A stretch of 63,203 bases of DNA, the filler included, from Octopus bimaculoides (Eukaryota), in NCBI RefSeq assembly GCF_001194135.2. It is 5 parts of 5 records of this genome, joined end to end, with 100 filler letters (N's around TTAATTAATTAA, not from the genome) between each part and the next. Parts side by side here need not be neighbours in the genome. Positions count along the whole stretch, not along the records: positions 32,680 to 57,306 come from NC_068982.1; 4 more parts are not named here. The stretch is one strand, 5' to 3'. The translations under genes were made by a program, and so were the position numbers. This document shows positions 39,257 to 53,526 of the stretch, piece by piece (within the stretch, counting starts at the first letter, position 1; each line of letters starts with the position of its first letter). The notes under the pieces were generated by a model that searched no databases, was not told the DNA's origin, and saw nothing but the letters and a program-made list of their open reading frames with translations.

Positions 39257-42200
39257 ATCAAAGATATTCCACTGGTTTAATCCACATCATATAAGTCATT
39301 GGTATATGTTTAGGATTATTGAAATTTTAATATTGAGGGAAAACAAGGAGAAAAAAATGGAGAATAAATGGATATAATTACTGATTTTTTTGCATGTTAC
39401 AAAAAGGTGTTTTTTTTGGTGGGGGTGACATTCAGTGTGCATACTCGACGGTGTAAGTACCTTGAGAGAAAAGTTGGACCTAAGAAGCATCAGTTGTGGT
39501 GTGCAAGAGAGACGATTGCGCTGGTATGGACATGTGGTAAGAATGGATGAGGTTAGCTGTGTGTGGTGGTGGTGGTGATGTTGATGGTGGTGGTGGTGGT
39601 GGTGGTGGTGGTGGTGGTGGTGATTATATTAACCAAGTAATATTTTTGTCTCTCTTCAGCCAAAGGTATACACCATTTCAGTGCCGATCCTAGTCTTGCA
39701 GGCGAATCTATGAAACCTTATTTAGACTTTGCTCGTAAACATGTTCCAGAATCCAAAACTTCTACAACAGCTGTTTATTTAGGGGCCACAGCTGGAATGA
39801 GAATATTAAGGTAAGTTCCATATTCTGTTGCTCCATCTTTGTTCATCAATAAATCCCTCGTTCTGAGACAATATCTAAATCGTATGAACTTTTTTTAGTT
39901 TCGGTGAGGATTTGAGAAATTACAACTTTTTTCTTGTATATTTATCTTTTATTTTCTTTATCTTTTGTTTGTTTCAGTCATTAGACTGTGGCCATGCTGG
40001 GGCACCACTTTGAAGGATTTTAGTCGGACAAATCGACCCCAGGATTTATTTCTCTTTAAAACTTGGTACTTAGTCTATTGGTCTTTTTTGCTAAACTGCT
40101 GAGTTACAGGGATGTAAACACACCAACACTGGTTGTCAAGAGGTGATGAAGGACAAACACACACACACACACACACACATACGGCAAGCTTCTTTCAGTT
40201 TCCAACTACCAAATCCACTCACAAAGCTGTGGTCAGCCTGAGGCTGCTGTAGTAGAAGTTTGGCAATTGGTCTGTTCAACTAAAACCCTTCAGTGGGGTT
40301 TCCCTGCAGGGTCACAGGCCAATGACTGAAACAAGTAAAAAAAATAATAAGAGATAAAAAAATGAAAAAAGAAACTTCAAATTAAAAATAATGTCCTGCA
40401 CCAATCTAAAGAACAATGACTTTCCTGTTGTCGTTATTTCTAGTTCGTTGTCTTCTACTTCAGTTTCAAAAGTCTCTCAAACCTGCTGGTTCATTAGGCC
40501 TGAGTTTAATTTGTGATATTAACTGTATATATTTATAAATATGTCTGTATATATTTATAAATATGTGTGTGTGTGTATCTGTGTTTGTCACCCACCACTG
40601 CATGACAACCAATGTTGGTGTGTTTACATCCCTGTAACCTAGCTGTTCAGCAAAACAGACCAATAGAATAAATACCAGTTGAGCACTGGGGTTAATGTAA
40701 TTGACTTACCCACTTCACTCAAAATTTCTGGCCTTTTGCCAAAATTTTAAGCCAACAATTAGATCTTGTATATTGCTCTTCAAAACTTCCATAACTGAAT
40801 ATAATTTCTTGTGTTTTCAGTATGACCAACAAAAGTGCTTCTGATGCTATTTTAGCCTCTATTAGAGACGTTTTCAAAAGCTCTAAATTTCTGTTTGTGA
40901 AACCAGAGCATCAAGTTCGAATTCTTAATGGTTCAGAAGAAGGAATATTTTCTTGGATTACAGCAAACTATTTGAAGGGATACCTTGGTCTTGTAAGTTT
41001 ATTAAAGACAATAATTTGTAACTTTAATTTCTATTATTGTTATTATAGTTGTTGCCATTATTTTCTGGTTGATCTGCATTTTATTTCATCTTCTGACTGG
41101 TCTTCAACCAGAGACCTAAGGCACATGTATATTAGATGGAAAGAAACTTCCTGAGAAGGTGGGCAGTTGATGTCAACACAATTGTTTGAGCCTCATAGAT
41201 TGTTGGTTTCCCTGGGACATGGTCATATGAGCTTCTTTTGCACCCCTTTAGTTCAAGAAGGAGGATGTTGTTTTGATCAAGAAATTAGTACATCCTTTCA
41301 GTGAGGATAGAAGTGAGAGAGCAGTGCATGCCATCAAAGTGACACTGGAGTACAAATATATGAAGTCCAATATACCCATCATGACTACCCTTCTGATAAG
41401 GATACACCAGGCACATGCATCACAACCATATGTGCACGACATAGTAGTCTACTATCAAGATAAATAACACAATACCTTGTATGTAGGGCCTTCTTAGAAT
41501 TTTCTTTGGGTCAAGTAGCCCATCTCACTCAAAAGGTCCCTGTTGTTTAAGGATGATGAATGAAACACCCCAAAGAATCCCTCTCAACACATGAATATGT
41601 TGCTCCTCAACTATTCCTGCTCTTGGTCAGAGACACATATCATCAACCACTAAGGGAGACGCTCAAGTGGTTGCGATCAAACAACTGACAAGCAAATCTG
41701 CAGTACAGAGTAGAATATTTACTGTAGCCCATCTTTTATACCAAGACAAAACATGTACAAGTTCAGAAGCCATTAGAGTCACTGTCTGGTATTGCATCAG
41801 GGTATTTATCATCATCATCATCATCATCATTATTATTATCCTTTTTGGTAGACAAGATTGAAAGGGCCTCTGCTTTGGCCAAGCCCTCATCAACTTTTCA
41901 CACTTCACTTAAAAAAAAAGGTAGATAGAGAGGGAAATACTGTCTCCCAGAAAATTTGTTGAAGGCTGTATGAGAGTGGAGGGAGGTAGATGCAGTGCAT
42001 GAAGAGTGTGAGAGATATATGATTGTGGAGAGGGTGAGATAAATTTATGGCATAGAAGAGTGATCAGTGTAAAAATGTGGTGGAGAGGATAATATGAAGA
42101 ATGAAGGATGGATATCAAGTGAAATTATTCCAGGCAATGAGAAAGGTAAGTGCAAAAGCTGGTGAAGAATACAGTTGTGTTTACATTTAATCACATCTGC

Positions 42201-42389
42201 AGAATACTGCAGTTAGAGAGATGATGGGTGATGGGGATGGCTTGAGGAAGAAGTTGATGGTTTGAAAGGATGACAATGATGATGATGACATTGGTGGTGA
42301 TGACAACAATGATGGTGATGCGTTGTATACTTGTCTTATTCATTTCATAAAAAATACAATTTTCATATAAAAATTAAATATAATTTTGT

Positions 42390-42437
<48 letters not shown>

Positions 42438-45429
42438 AAAAAATATTCTTAACACAGAATTATTTGTTGTCTCTTGCAGAAATTTCATTCACCGATACCA
42501 TATTTGTTGGACAAATCAGCGCCATTGACATATGGAGCTCTTGATATGGGAGGTGCATCCACACAGATAGCTTTTGTGCCAGCAGATGATGTTAAAATGC
42601 CTGCAAATAACTCCCTTTCATTTCAACTGTATGGTCATCCCTTGACCGTGTATGCTCATAGTTATCTCTGCTACGGTATTGACCAGACAATACTCAGATA
42701 CAAAGCACACTTAGTATTGGTAAGTATCTCAAGTACCTTAATAGTTTTCTGTGGTAACTTAATGCTTATGAAACACAATGTTTATGTATTTCAATTAACT
42801 TTGGAAACCATCATGATTTTTTTTTATTTGTCATATAACTAGATATTTCATTCATTATTGAACTGGTGTTAGGATCACAAAAGTTCTTACCTGAAATCAT
42901 GATAAAGTATTTTATTCATTTCAGTAATTAGACTGTGGCCATGCTAGAGGAGTGCCTTGACATGTTAATCCAATCAAATCGATCCTAGTGGTGCGACGTA
43001 AAAAGTGCTGGTGTTGGTGCCACCTAAAAAGCACTGAGGCTGGTGCCACAAAAAAGGCTCCCAGTACACTCTGCAAAGTGACTGGTGTTAGAAAAGGCAC
43101 CCACCTGTAGAAACCATGCCAAAGCAGAAAATGGACCATGGTGCAGCTCTTGGCCTTGCCAGATTTTGTCAAACCATCCAACCCATGCCAGCATGGAAAA
43201 CATACATTAAATGATGATGATGATTCTGTTAAAGGTACCAAGAGTGTCAGATAGTGAAGTTAGAAGAAATGACAATTTAAGCCTAGCACCTACGTGGGCC
43301 ACGGCAGAATTTGAACTCAGAGAACAGAAACCTAGAACAAATACAGAAAATCATTCTGTTTGATTCTCTAATGACCCTACAATGCACCAACTTAAAACCA
43401 CATATGCACACACACATACACATTATGGATTTTGTTCATTTTCTTCCTACCAAATTCACTCACAAGTAAGCATTGGTCAGTAAAGAACATTCATAGAAGA
43501 CTTGCTTAAGGTGCCAATATGTGGGACTGAACCTGAAACTGCATAATTGTGAAGTGAGCTTTTTAACCTTATGCTCATATCTGCCCCATAGTTTGGATAG
43601 TTGGTATCATAAAATCAGAAGTGGTGTCTCTGAGGGTTTGTTATCTAAAGAGTTAATGGTATCAACTTAATCTACATACCAGGAGTTATGGAATGAGGAA
43701 GATATGGCTCATATTTCACTTGCTTTTATTTAGACACTATTTTTATTATTAACTAATTATTGTTTACTTTTCTGAATAATTACAATGATCCATTAATTAA
43801 AACAACCAGAACATCATGACTCCTAGAATATTTTTTGTTGTTGGCACTCTGTCGCTTACGACTTCGAAGGTTCCAGTTGATCCGATCAATGGAACAACCT
43901 GCTCGTGAAATTAACGTGCAAGTGGCTGAGCACTCCACAGACACGTGTACCCTTAATATAGTTCTCGGGGATATTCAGCATGACACAGAGTGTGACAAGG
44001 CTGACCCTTTGAATTACAGGCACAACAGAAACAGGAAGTAAGAGTGAGAGAAAGTTGTGGTGGAAGAGTACAGCAGGGTTCGCCACCATCCCCTGCTGGA
44101 GCCTCGTGGAGCTTTAGGTGTTTTCGCTCAATAAACACTCACAACGTCCGGTCTGGGAATCGAAACCGTGATCCTATGACCGCGAGTCCGCTGCCCTAAC
44201 CACTGGGCCATTGTGCCTCCACTCTAGAATATTAGTGCTATAGAGAAGTGAACCTGTGGCATGTGATCTTCAAAATTGAGTTGTTTTGTTGATGTTGAAA
44301 TGTTATTTTAACAAATTATGTGGTGATTTTGTTCTCATTCTTTGCTCTCTACTTGTAAAAATTAATGGCAATTATTTCTGTTTTGTCTGTTTATTTTTAT
44401 CTCTTTATCTATAAGCAAACATTTTTATGAGATTAATCTGATGAGTAGATAAAATGATAATGTGATTTTTTAAATGAAAATTAATTGCCTTTTTCTTCTA
44501 CAAAATTTGCACCCAGTAACTGGAGAAAATAATTTTAAGCGTATATAAGCTCTGTGTAATCAAAGACAGATTTTGCTATGATTTTATTGAAGCAGTAAAA
44601 TATTTTGGTTCTAATTTACCACATTCTTCTTCTTTATCTTTTTCCTCTTCTTGACAATTCTGGGAGATTCTTCTTGCCTTCTTCAACATTAAATTTTCCT
44701 AAGGCGGCAAGCTAGCAGAAACATTAGCATGCTGGGCAAAATGCTTAGCGGTATTTCGTCTGTCTTTATGCTCTGAGTTCAAATTCCACCAAGGTCAACT
44801 TTGCCTTTCATTCTTTCAGAGTTGATAAATTAAGTACCAGTTGCATACTGGGGTCGATCTAATTGACTGGGCCCCTCCCCCAAAATTTCAGGCCTTGTGC
44901 CTAGAGTAGAAAAGAGTATTAAATTTTCCTATGATATTTCTATCATATGCTTCCTGGGCTTTCCTTCAGTTTAACCCTTTAGTACTTAAACTGGCCATAT
45001 CTGTTTTATGTTCGAACCAACCGTTACAGCACTTACCTAGCATACCTAATCATTTACATCACCAGTGAAATAAAACCCCATATTTTGTAAATTTATATNN
45101 NNNNNNNNNNNNNNNNNNNNNNNNNNNNNNNNNNNNNNNNNNNNNNNNNNNNNNNNNNNNNNNNNNNNNNNNNNNNNNNNNNNNNNNNNNNNNNNNNNNN
45201 NNNNNNNNNNNNNNNNNNNNNNNNNNNNNNNNNNNNNNNNNNNNNNNNNNNNNNNNNNNNNNNNNNNNNNNNNNNNNNNNNNNNNNNNNNNNNNNNNNNN
45301 NNNNNNNNNNNNNNNNNNNNNNNNNNNNNNNNNNNNNNNNNNNNNNNNNNNNNNNNNNNNNNNNNNNNNNNNNNNNNNNNNNNNNNNNNNNNNNNNNNNN
45401 NNNNNNNNNNNNNNNNNNNNNNNNNNNNN

Positions 45430-45467
<38 letters not shown>

Positions 45468-47029
45468 AGAAGAGAGAGAGGGAGATATATATATAGACAA
45501 ACAAACAGAGAGACAAATGATGAACTTGAATAGAAGACTCTTGTCCATGATGCCATGCAGTGACCAATTCCCCGACCACATGGTTGTGAAGCATCACACA
45601 GCCTTGTTTACTCTTGTAATTGTTTATTTCAGACACCATGTCAGATGACACCTATCAGGAAATATCACTTGCCTTTGATTGCATCATTACCTTATAAATT
45701 ACCACTGCCATTTTACATTGACTGTTTTTTTTGTTTTTCCAGAACAGTTCAAATCACAGTATAATCCATAATCCTTGCTGGCAGAATGGAAGTCGTAGAA
45801 ATGAAAGCAAAACCAATTTATTCCAGCGTCCTTGTACATATGTACCTCCAGGCATGAAGGTAGGAATAAAACTTTGTCTAGATTTCACTCTGCTAGTCAT
45901 TAATGTTATACATATCGTTTCAAAATACTTTATTCTATTATTCAATATTCTTTACTGTTTAAGGTGGCATGCTGGCAGAAACATTAGCACACCGGGTGAA
46001 ATACTTAGCGGTATTTCGTCTGTCTTTACATTCTGAGTTCAAATTCTGCCAAAGTCAACTTTGCCTTTTATACTTTCAGGGTCAATAAATTAAGTACCAG
46101 TTATGGACTGAGGTTGATCTGATTGACTGGCCTCCTCCCCAAAAACTTCGGGCCTTGTGCCTAGAGTAGAAAAGAATATTTTTGACTGTTTTGAGTTCAG
46201 ATCACATCAGAGCCAGCTCCTTTGAAATAATGGTTTCAAATTTTGGCACAAGGGCAGTAATTTTGGGGGAAGAGTTTAACATCAACCCCAGCACTAGACT
46301 GGTATAGTCCCCTCCCTCCCAAATTTGAGGCCTTGTGCTTCCAGTAGAAAGGATTATAATTATCACTATTATTATTATTATTATTATTATTACTACTACT
46401 ACTACTACTAAGGCAGTGAGCTGGCAGATTCGTTAGCACATCAGGCTAAATGCTTAGCTGTATTTCGTCTGCCACTATGTTCTTAGTTCAAATTCCGCCA
46501 AGGTCAACTTTACTTTTCATCCTTTCAGAGTTGATAAATTAAGTACCAGTTGAGTACTGGGGTCGATGTAACCAGCTATCCCCCTGCCCCAAATTTCAGG
46601 CCTTGTACCTGTAGAAGATGTTATTATTACATCCACCTTAGCAAAGGTGGAGATATTGTTTTCAGTCATGTTTGTTTGTCCTGGGACAAGATATCTCAAG
46701 AACTGCTGGATGGAGTCAGATGAAACGTTCAGGGCTGTTTGGCCTCATGATTGGCACAAACTGATTAGCTTTTGGAATCAATCCAGTACCAGACAAGGAT
46801 TCTGGATTATTTTTCTCGTTCTTTTTACTTAATTTTTGAGAGCAGTTGGGTTCATTTTTAGTATTCTTATATATGAGAGCAATCAAATTTATTTCAAATA
46901 TTCTCATTTTAAAAATCATCTCCGGCTAATAGTTGAGAGGATATCAGTGTTGCCTTGGCAGAGGTTTGTGCTCTCTGAGTGCTCTTGTTAATATTGTTAT
47001 CATTATATTATTATTATTAGTAGTAGTAC

Positions 47030-47065
<36 letters not shown>

Positions 47066-49614
47066 CAGCAGCAGTAGCAGTGACAGCTGTTGTACTAGAG
47101 AAGAGACAGGGGTGGTAGTTGCGATGTGGTGTTTTGATGGTGCTGATGGGAAAGGTGGTGGCTGTAGCATTGATGACGATGATGCCTCATGGTTTATTCT
47201 TGTAATATATTATTCCTGAAAGGCAGCGAGCTGGCAGAAACGTTAGCATGCCAGGCGAAATGCTTAGCGGTATTTCGTCTGCTGCTACGTTCTGAGTTCA
47301 AATTCCGCCGAGGTCAACTTAGCCTTTCATCTTTTCGAGGTCAATTAAATAAGTACCAGTTACGCACTAGGGTCGATATAATCGACTTAATCCCTTTGTC
47401 TGTCTTTGTTTGTCCCCTCTGTGTGTAGTATTGTCCCCTCTGTGTGCAGTATTTCATCTGTCTTTATGTTCTTAGTTCAAATTCCGCTGAGGTCAACTTT
47501 GCTTTTCTTCCTTTCAGGGTTGATAAATTAAGTACCAGTTGGGCCTTATGCTTAGAGTAGACAAGAAAAGAATATATTATTCCTGGCTGAAGGCAGCAAA
47601 CTAGCAGAATCATTAGCACCGTGTGCAAAATGCTTAGCATCATTCCATTTGATTTTACATTCTGAGTCCAAATTCCACAGGGGTCAGCTTTACCTTTCAC
47701 CCTTTTGGTGGAGGTGGGGGAAGGGGCGATAAAAATAATTACCAGCGAAGCACTGGGGTCAATGTCATTGACTTATCCTCTCCTGGCTTTGTCTCAAAAT
47801 TTGAAACCAATGTAATCTGAGGTCTCAAGTTTTCTAGGTACTTTCTTGGGGCTGCTAAAAAGTTCCTGGCCTGGATGGAGGCCCAACCTTCCAAGTTCTT
47901 ATACAGGGCTTAGAAAAACTGAAGAATTTCTGCAATAAATGTGAATCTGAGACGGGAATATCTTGAATAAAACCATAATTAACTGATCCTCCTGTATTTT
48001 CTTTTTACCCAAAGCCAAGAACCTTTCAGCACCCACTTATATGCCAATTTCACAACTCTTATGCTCAGGTCATTGTTATTCTTCTATTAGCAACTTTTAT
48101 TACTTTTTTTTTTATATTAATAATTTCATTTACTTATTTTCTTTTCTCTTGCCCATTTTTTGCAGGTTGCCGATTCTTATGAATTTGTTGGTACTGGTGA
48201 ATTTGAAAAATGCCAAAAGAGTGTTCTAGGGTTATTTAACTTTACAGCTTGTCCTTTTGGAAACAGTTGTTCTTTTAACAAAGTCTATCAGCCTCCAATC
48301 AAGGATAAAAATTTTTATGTAAGTTGCAACTGAATAACATACAGGAGTTATTGTTCAGCATATCCATTATATTGTATTACATCTGATTCATGAATAACAC
48401 TTGTTTCTGTTTCATCATCATCATTTGATGCCTGTTTTCCATGGCGAGACAGGTTAGACAATTTGACGGGAGCTGGCAAGCTAATACAATGAGTTATATA
48501 TACTAGATATATATTTCAAACAATTACAAAGAATGCAGGGACATCAACATATTCTTCCTTTTAATTTTATAGTTAGTCATACAGTATAATTATTTGGTTA
48601 CAATGGCCAACACACATTTCTGCAGCTCAAAGTATGTACAGGTGCACATGCAGCAGAGCATAATCTTCAAAAAATATATCTGTCATGAGCCTAATCTTAA
48701 ATGTTACATTTTGGATATAAATTTTTATTCACCTGAAGAAAACAGTTTTTTTCTTGATATAATTGATTTGTTTGTCAATAAAAAAAACGTGTCCGAAACT
48801 GTTGTAGTGAACCTCACCCTATTTGTGTGGTATGTAGCTTGCTTACCAACCACATGGTTCTGGGTTCAATCCCACTGTGTGGCACTTTAGGCAAGTGTCT
48901 TCTACTATAGCCTCAGGCTGACCAAAGCCTCGTGAATGGATTTGATAGACGGAAACTGAAAGAAGTCCGTCGTATGTGTGTCTGTGTTTGTCCCCCCCCC
49001 ACCACCACACACCATCACTTGACAACCGATGTTAGTGTGTTTACGTCCCCATAACTTAGCTGTTCAGCAAAAGAGACCCGATAGAATAAGTACTAGGCTT
49101 ACAAAAAATAAGTCCTGGGGTCGATTTGTTTGAGTAAAGGCAGTTCCCCAGCACGGCCACAGTCAAATGACAAAAACAAATAGAAGAATAAAAAGAAATA
49201 CCTACATTGGATCTGGAACTTAAAGTGGACTGTGAAACTGCATACCAAAAATATGTCTATATGTGATTTTATATATACACGTAAAGTTATATTGATGAAG
49301 ATACTGATCTATACGTATGTATATGTATTAAACATAAATATATATTTTATTAATTTCAGGCATTTTCAACCTATTACTACACTGCTTCTTTTCTGAATTT
49401 GACACGAAACAACGATACATTTAGTCTAGAAGAATACAACGATGCAATAGAAGATTGGTGCGAGTTGTCTTGGGATGAAGTAAGCTTCTACACATTGCTC
49501 TCTTGATTCTTTGACCGATAACAGTATATGTTTCTGAACACAGAATATTTTATTTTTTCTATTTTTAACTATAAATGTTATTTCAATCCTTGTAGATATG
49601 TGTGTGTGTGTGTG

Positions 49615-49681
<67 letters not shown>

Positions 49682-50027
49682 ATATATAAATATATATATA
49701 CATACATATATATATAGTTGAGGTGTGTTGTGTTAAGAACGTTTAAGAGTACAAATAGAGCTCGTTCACCCTTAGAATTCCTAAATAGCTGATAGTATTC
49801 TTATGGTATGCTATAATTGTAATCTAAATTTTGCTTACGGAGACAGCAACTGAGTATCACCTGAGGAGATACATATAGATCTTCTTATACAGGTAAATTG
49901 TTATATAATTTAATTTAAACTTTAAATCCTGTATATACGAGGATCTATATGTATCAAAACATTTGTAGCGATTAAAAAGCTGCCTAAGCGTACTTACTCT
50001 TCCTTTTGACTCTTACTTTTTACTTTT

Positions 50028-50070
<43 letters not shown>

Positions 50071-51177
50071 NNNNNNNNNNNNNNNNNNNNNNNNNNNNNN
50101 NNNNNNNNNNNNNNNNNNNNNNNNNNNNNNNNNNNNNNNNNNNNNNNNNNNNNNNNNNNNNNNNNNNNNNNNNNNNNNNNNNNNNNNNNNNNNNNNNNNN
50201 NNNNNNNNNNNNNNNNNNNNNNNNNNNNNNNNNNNNNNNNNNNNNNNNNNNNNNNNNNNNNNNNNNNNNNNNNNNNNNNNNNNNNNNNNNNNNNNNNNNN
50301 NNNNNNNNNNNNNNNNNNNNNNNNNNNNNNNNNNNNNNNNNNNNNNNNNNNNNNNNNNNNNNNNNNNNNNNNNNNNNNNNNNNNNNNNNNNNNNNNNNNN
50401 NNNNNNNNNNNNNNNNNNNNNNNNNNNNNNNNNNNNNNNNNNNNNNNNNNNNNNNNNNNNNNNNNNNNNNNNNNNNNNNNNNNNNNNNNNNNNNNNNNNN
50501 NNNNNNNNNNNNNNNNNNNNNNNNNNNNNNNNNNNNNNNNNNNNNNNNNNNNNNNNNNNNNNNNNNNNNNNNNNNNNNNNNNNNNNNNNNNNNNNNNNNN
50601 NNNNNNNNNNNNNNNNNNNNNNNNNNNNNNNNNNNNNNNNNNNNNNNNNNNNNNNNNNNNNNNNNNNNNNNNNNNNNNNNNNNNNNNNNNNNNNNNNNNN
50701 NNNNNNNNNNNNNNNNNNNNNNNNNNNNNNNNNNNNNNNNNNNNNNNNNNNNNNNNNNNNNNNNNNNNNNNNNNNNNNNNNNNNNNNNNNNNNNNNNNNN
50801 NNNNNNNNNNNNNNNNNNNNNNNNNNNNNNNNNNNNNNNNNNNNNNNNNNNNNNNNNNNNNNNNNNNNNNAATATACAGGGATTAGCTTGAGTTGCTTCT
50901 CCAACATACTGAAAATTTAGAAATAGCAGTCAAAGAACTACTGATGTGCCATAAATATCGCCATCCGTTAGAGAAAAAATTTGTAGTTTGGAATCAGTAG
51001 TTCTTTGACTGCTATTTCTAAATTTTCAGTATGTTGGAGAAGCAACTCAATGCTAATCCCTGTATATTTATGATGATAAATGGTTTTACCGATAAAGGTT
51101 TTTTCATACTGAACTACTTGGCAAAATTGTTAATTATTGATTTTATTACTAATTGACGATTCCCTGCCCTATATCTG

Positions 51178-51211
<34 letters not shown>

Positions 51212-51708
51212 AGCACAGGTGAGTATGTAAGTGCAAAACAAGGTGGAAAAATAGTACTCAACTATCAAAAGTACCATAATATACTTTTTTTTATCAAAGC
51301 TGCAAATTATCACAGATCTGTTTTTCAGAGTTTCACATTCCCCATTTGTCGGACAGCTATGATAAAAACTGAATTACAATTATGATTGTACATGTAATAT
51401 AATGTCATGTGATATAATTCAAACACACGATTCGTATGTATGTATATATCATCAATATCATCATTGTCGTCTAATGTCCGCTTTCCATGCTGGCATGGGT
51501 TGGAAGGTTTGACTGAGGGCTGGCAAGCCAGAAGGCTGCACCAGGCTCCAGTCCGATCTGGCCATGTTTCTACAGCTGGATGCCCTTCCTAACACCAACC
51601 ACACCAGCACAAGGGCCAGTCAGGTGGTACTGGCATTGGCCACGCTTGAATGGTGCTTTTTACATGCCACCAGCATGGGAGCCAGTCAGGCAGCACTGGT
51701 AACGGGTG

Positions 51709-51787
<79 letters not shown>

Positions 51788-52620
51788 ATCCAGGATGAGT
51801 TTTGAAGGCATTTTGGGGGATAAAATGTGTCTTATATGCTATCAAATACGGTATAATATGGCTGTGAACTGAAATGATTGATGAAACACAAATTCAAGAA
51901 GCAAGTATTTTAGTGATAGACTTAGTTTTTATTCTGAGTTGTGTTACAAGGAATTAAAAGATAACAAGAAAATTATGAAGAAACATTTGTTTATTACAGG
52001 TTGATCAGTTAGATTAAATATCCTTCACTGGTTTTAGCTTTTCACTAGCTGAAGATCCTTAACATTTATTCAGCTTATACTATAACAATAACATCGGTGG
52101 TATTTTTAAGAAACAGCCAATTCTTCTATGTCTAAATTCTGTTAAATACAATCTCAATTTCACTAAAGATTTATTTGATGATTTTAAATATGTAAATGAC
52201 ATTTTTAGTTTTGTTTTTTGATTGTTTTTTTTGTTTTGTCTTTTTGTTTTAATTTTTCGTTTCTTAATTTGCAGGCTTCAATAGTTCCTGGACTCAGCAT
52301 ATCAATTCTGAGAGAGGTTTGCTTTGAAGCAGTTTATATAAAAACCATTCTCACCAAAGGTTATCATTTTGATAATTCGTCGTGGAACTCCCTTCATTTT
52401 ACAAATAAGGTCAGCATCTTTCTTCTAAGCCCTTCTTTCCTGCACATATATATATATATATATATATATCACCATCATCATTTTAACGTCTGCTTTCCAT
52501 GCTGGCATGGGTTGGATGATTTGACTGAGGACTGGCGAGCCAGATGGCTGCACCAGGCTCCAATCTGATCTGGCAGAGTTTCTACAGCTGGATGCCCTTC
52601 CTAACACCAACCACTCCGAG

Positions 52621-52652
<32 letters not shown>

Positions 52653-53047
52653 ACACATATATATATACATATATATATACATATGTATATCGATTCCAGT
52701 GCTTATTATTTTTATGCAAAGCCTGATACTTATTCTATCGGTCTATTTTGCCGAACTGCTACGTTACCGGGACATAAACACACATACACCAGTTGTCAAG
52801 CAGTGGTGGGTGACAAACATGCACACAAAGACACACTCACATACGCATACATGCGTGCGCACACACATACATACATATATATTAGAGACAGGTAGTCTCC
52901 TTTAGTGCTCAAGAGATTTGAACTTGAGCAGGTAAAGGAGTAAATGTGAAGACAAGGAAGTTAGGCAAGTCAATATATAAAAAATATTAAAGACATAAAC
53001 TTTTCTCTTGTATATTGTCTTACCTAACTTGCTTGTCCTTACATTTA

Positions 53048-53094
<47 letters not shown>

Positions 53095-53435
53095 ATACTG
53101 ATATAGGGTGAAATTAATAATTAACAACTAATAATTTCACCATGTAGTTTGGTATGTAAAAAGAACCATCGGTAAACTTATACAAAAATTTCATAATTAT
53201 AAGTGTAATTATAATTAGGGTTAGGCTTCACCACATACCGAAATTTAGAAATAGCAGTTAAATACTATTCCTCTACCATATGATATCTCCCAGACAGCAA
53301 TACTCCAAACTCACGCAGAGAAAGAGGAAAAATAATGAATCCACCCGGCTTTGATTAACTATATATGCATTCCTGGATTAAAGAAGCAATTTTTCTGAAC
53401 CCTAATTATAATTATGCTTATAATTATAAAATTTT

Positions 53436-53526
<91 letters not shown>

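Noticed and set aside
41060-42150. Possible decayed LINE in intron 4
   Set aside because: Composition looks element-like but no recognisable RT/EN motif could be read; needs RepeatMasker.
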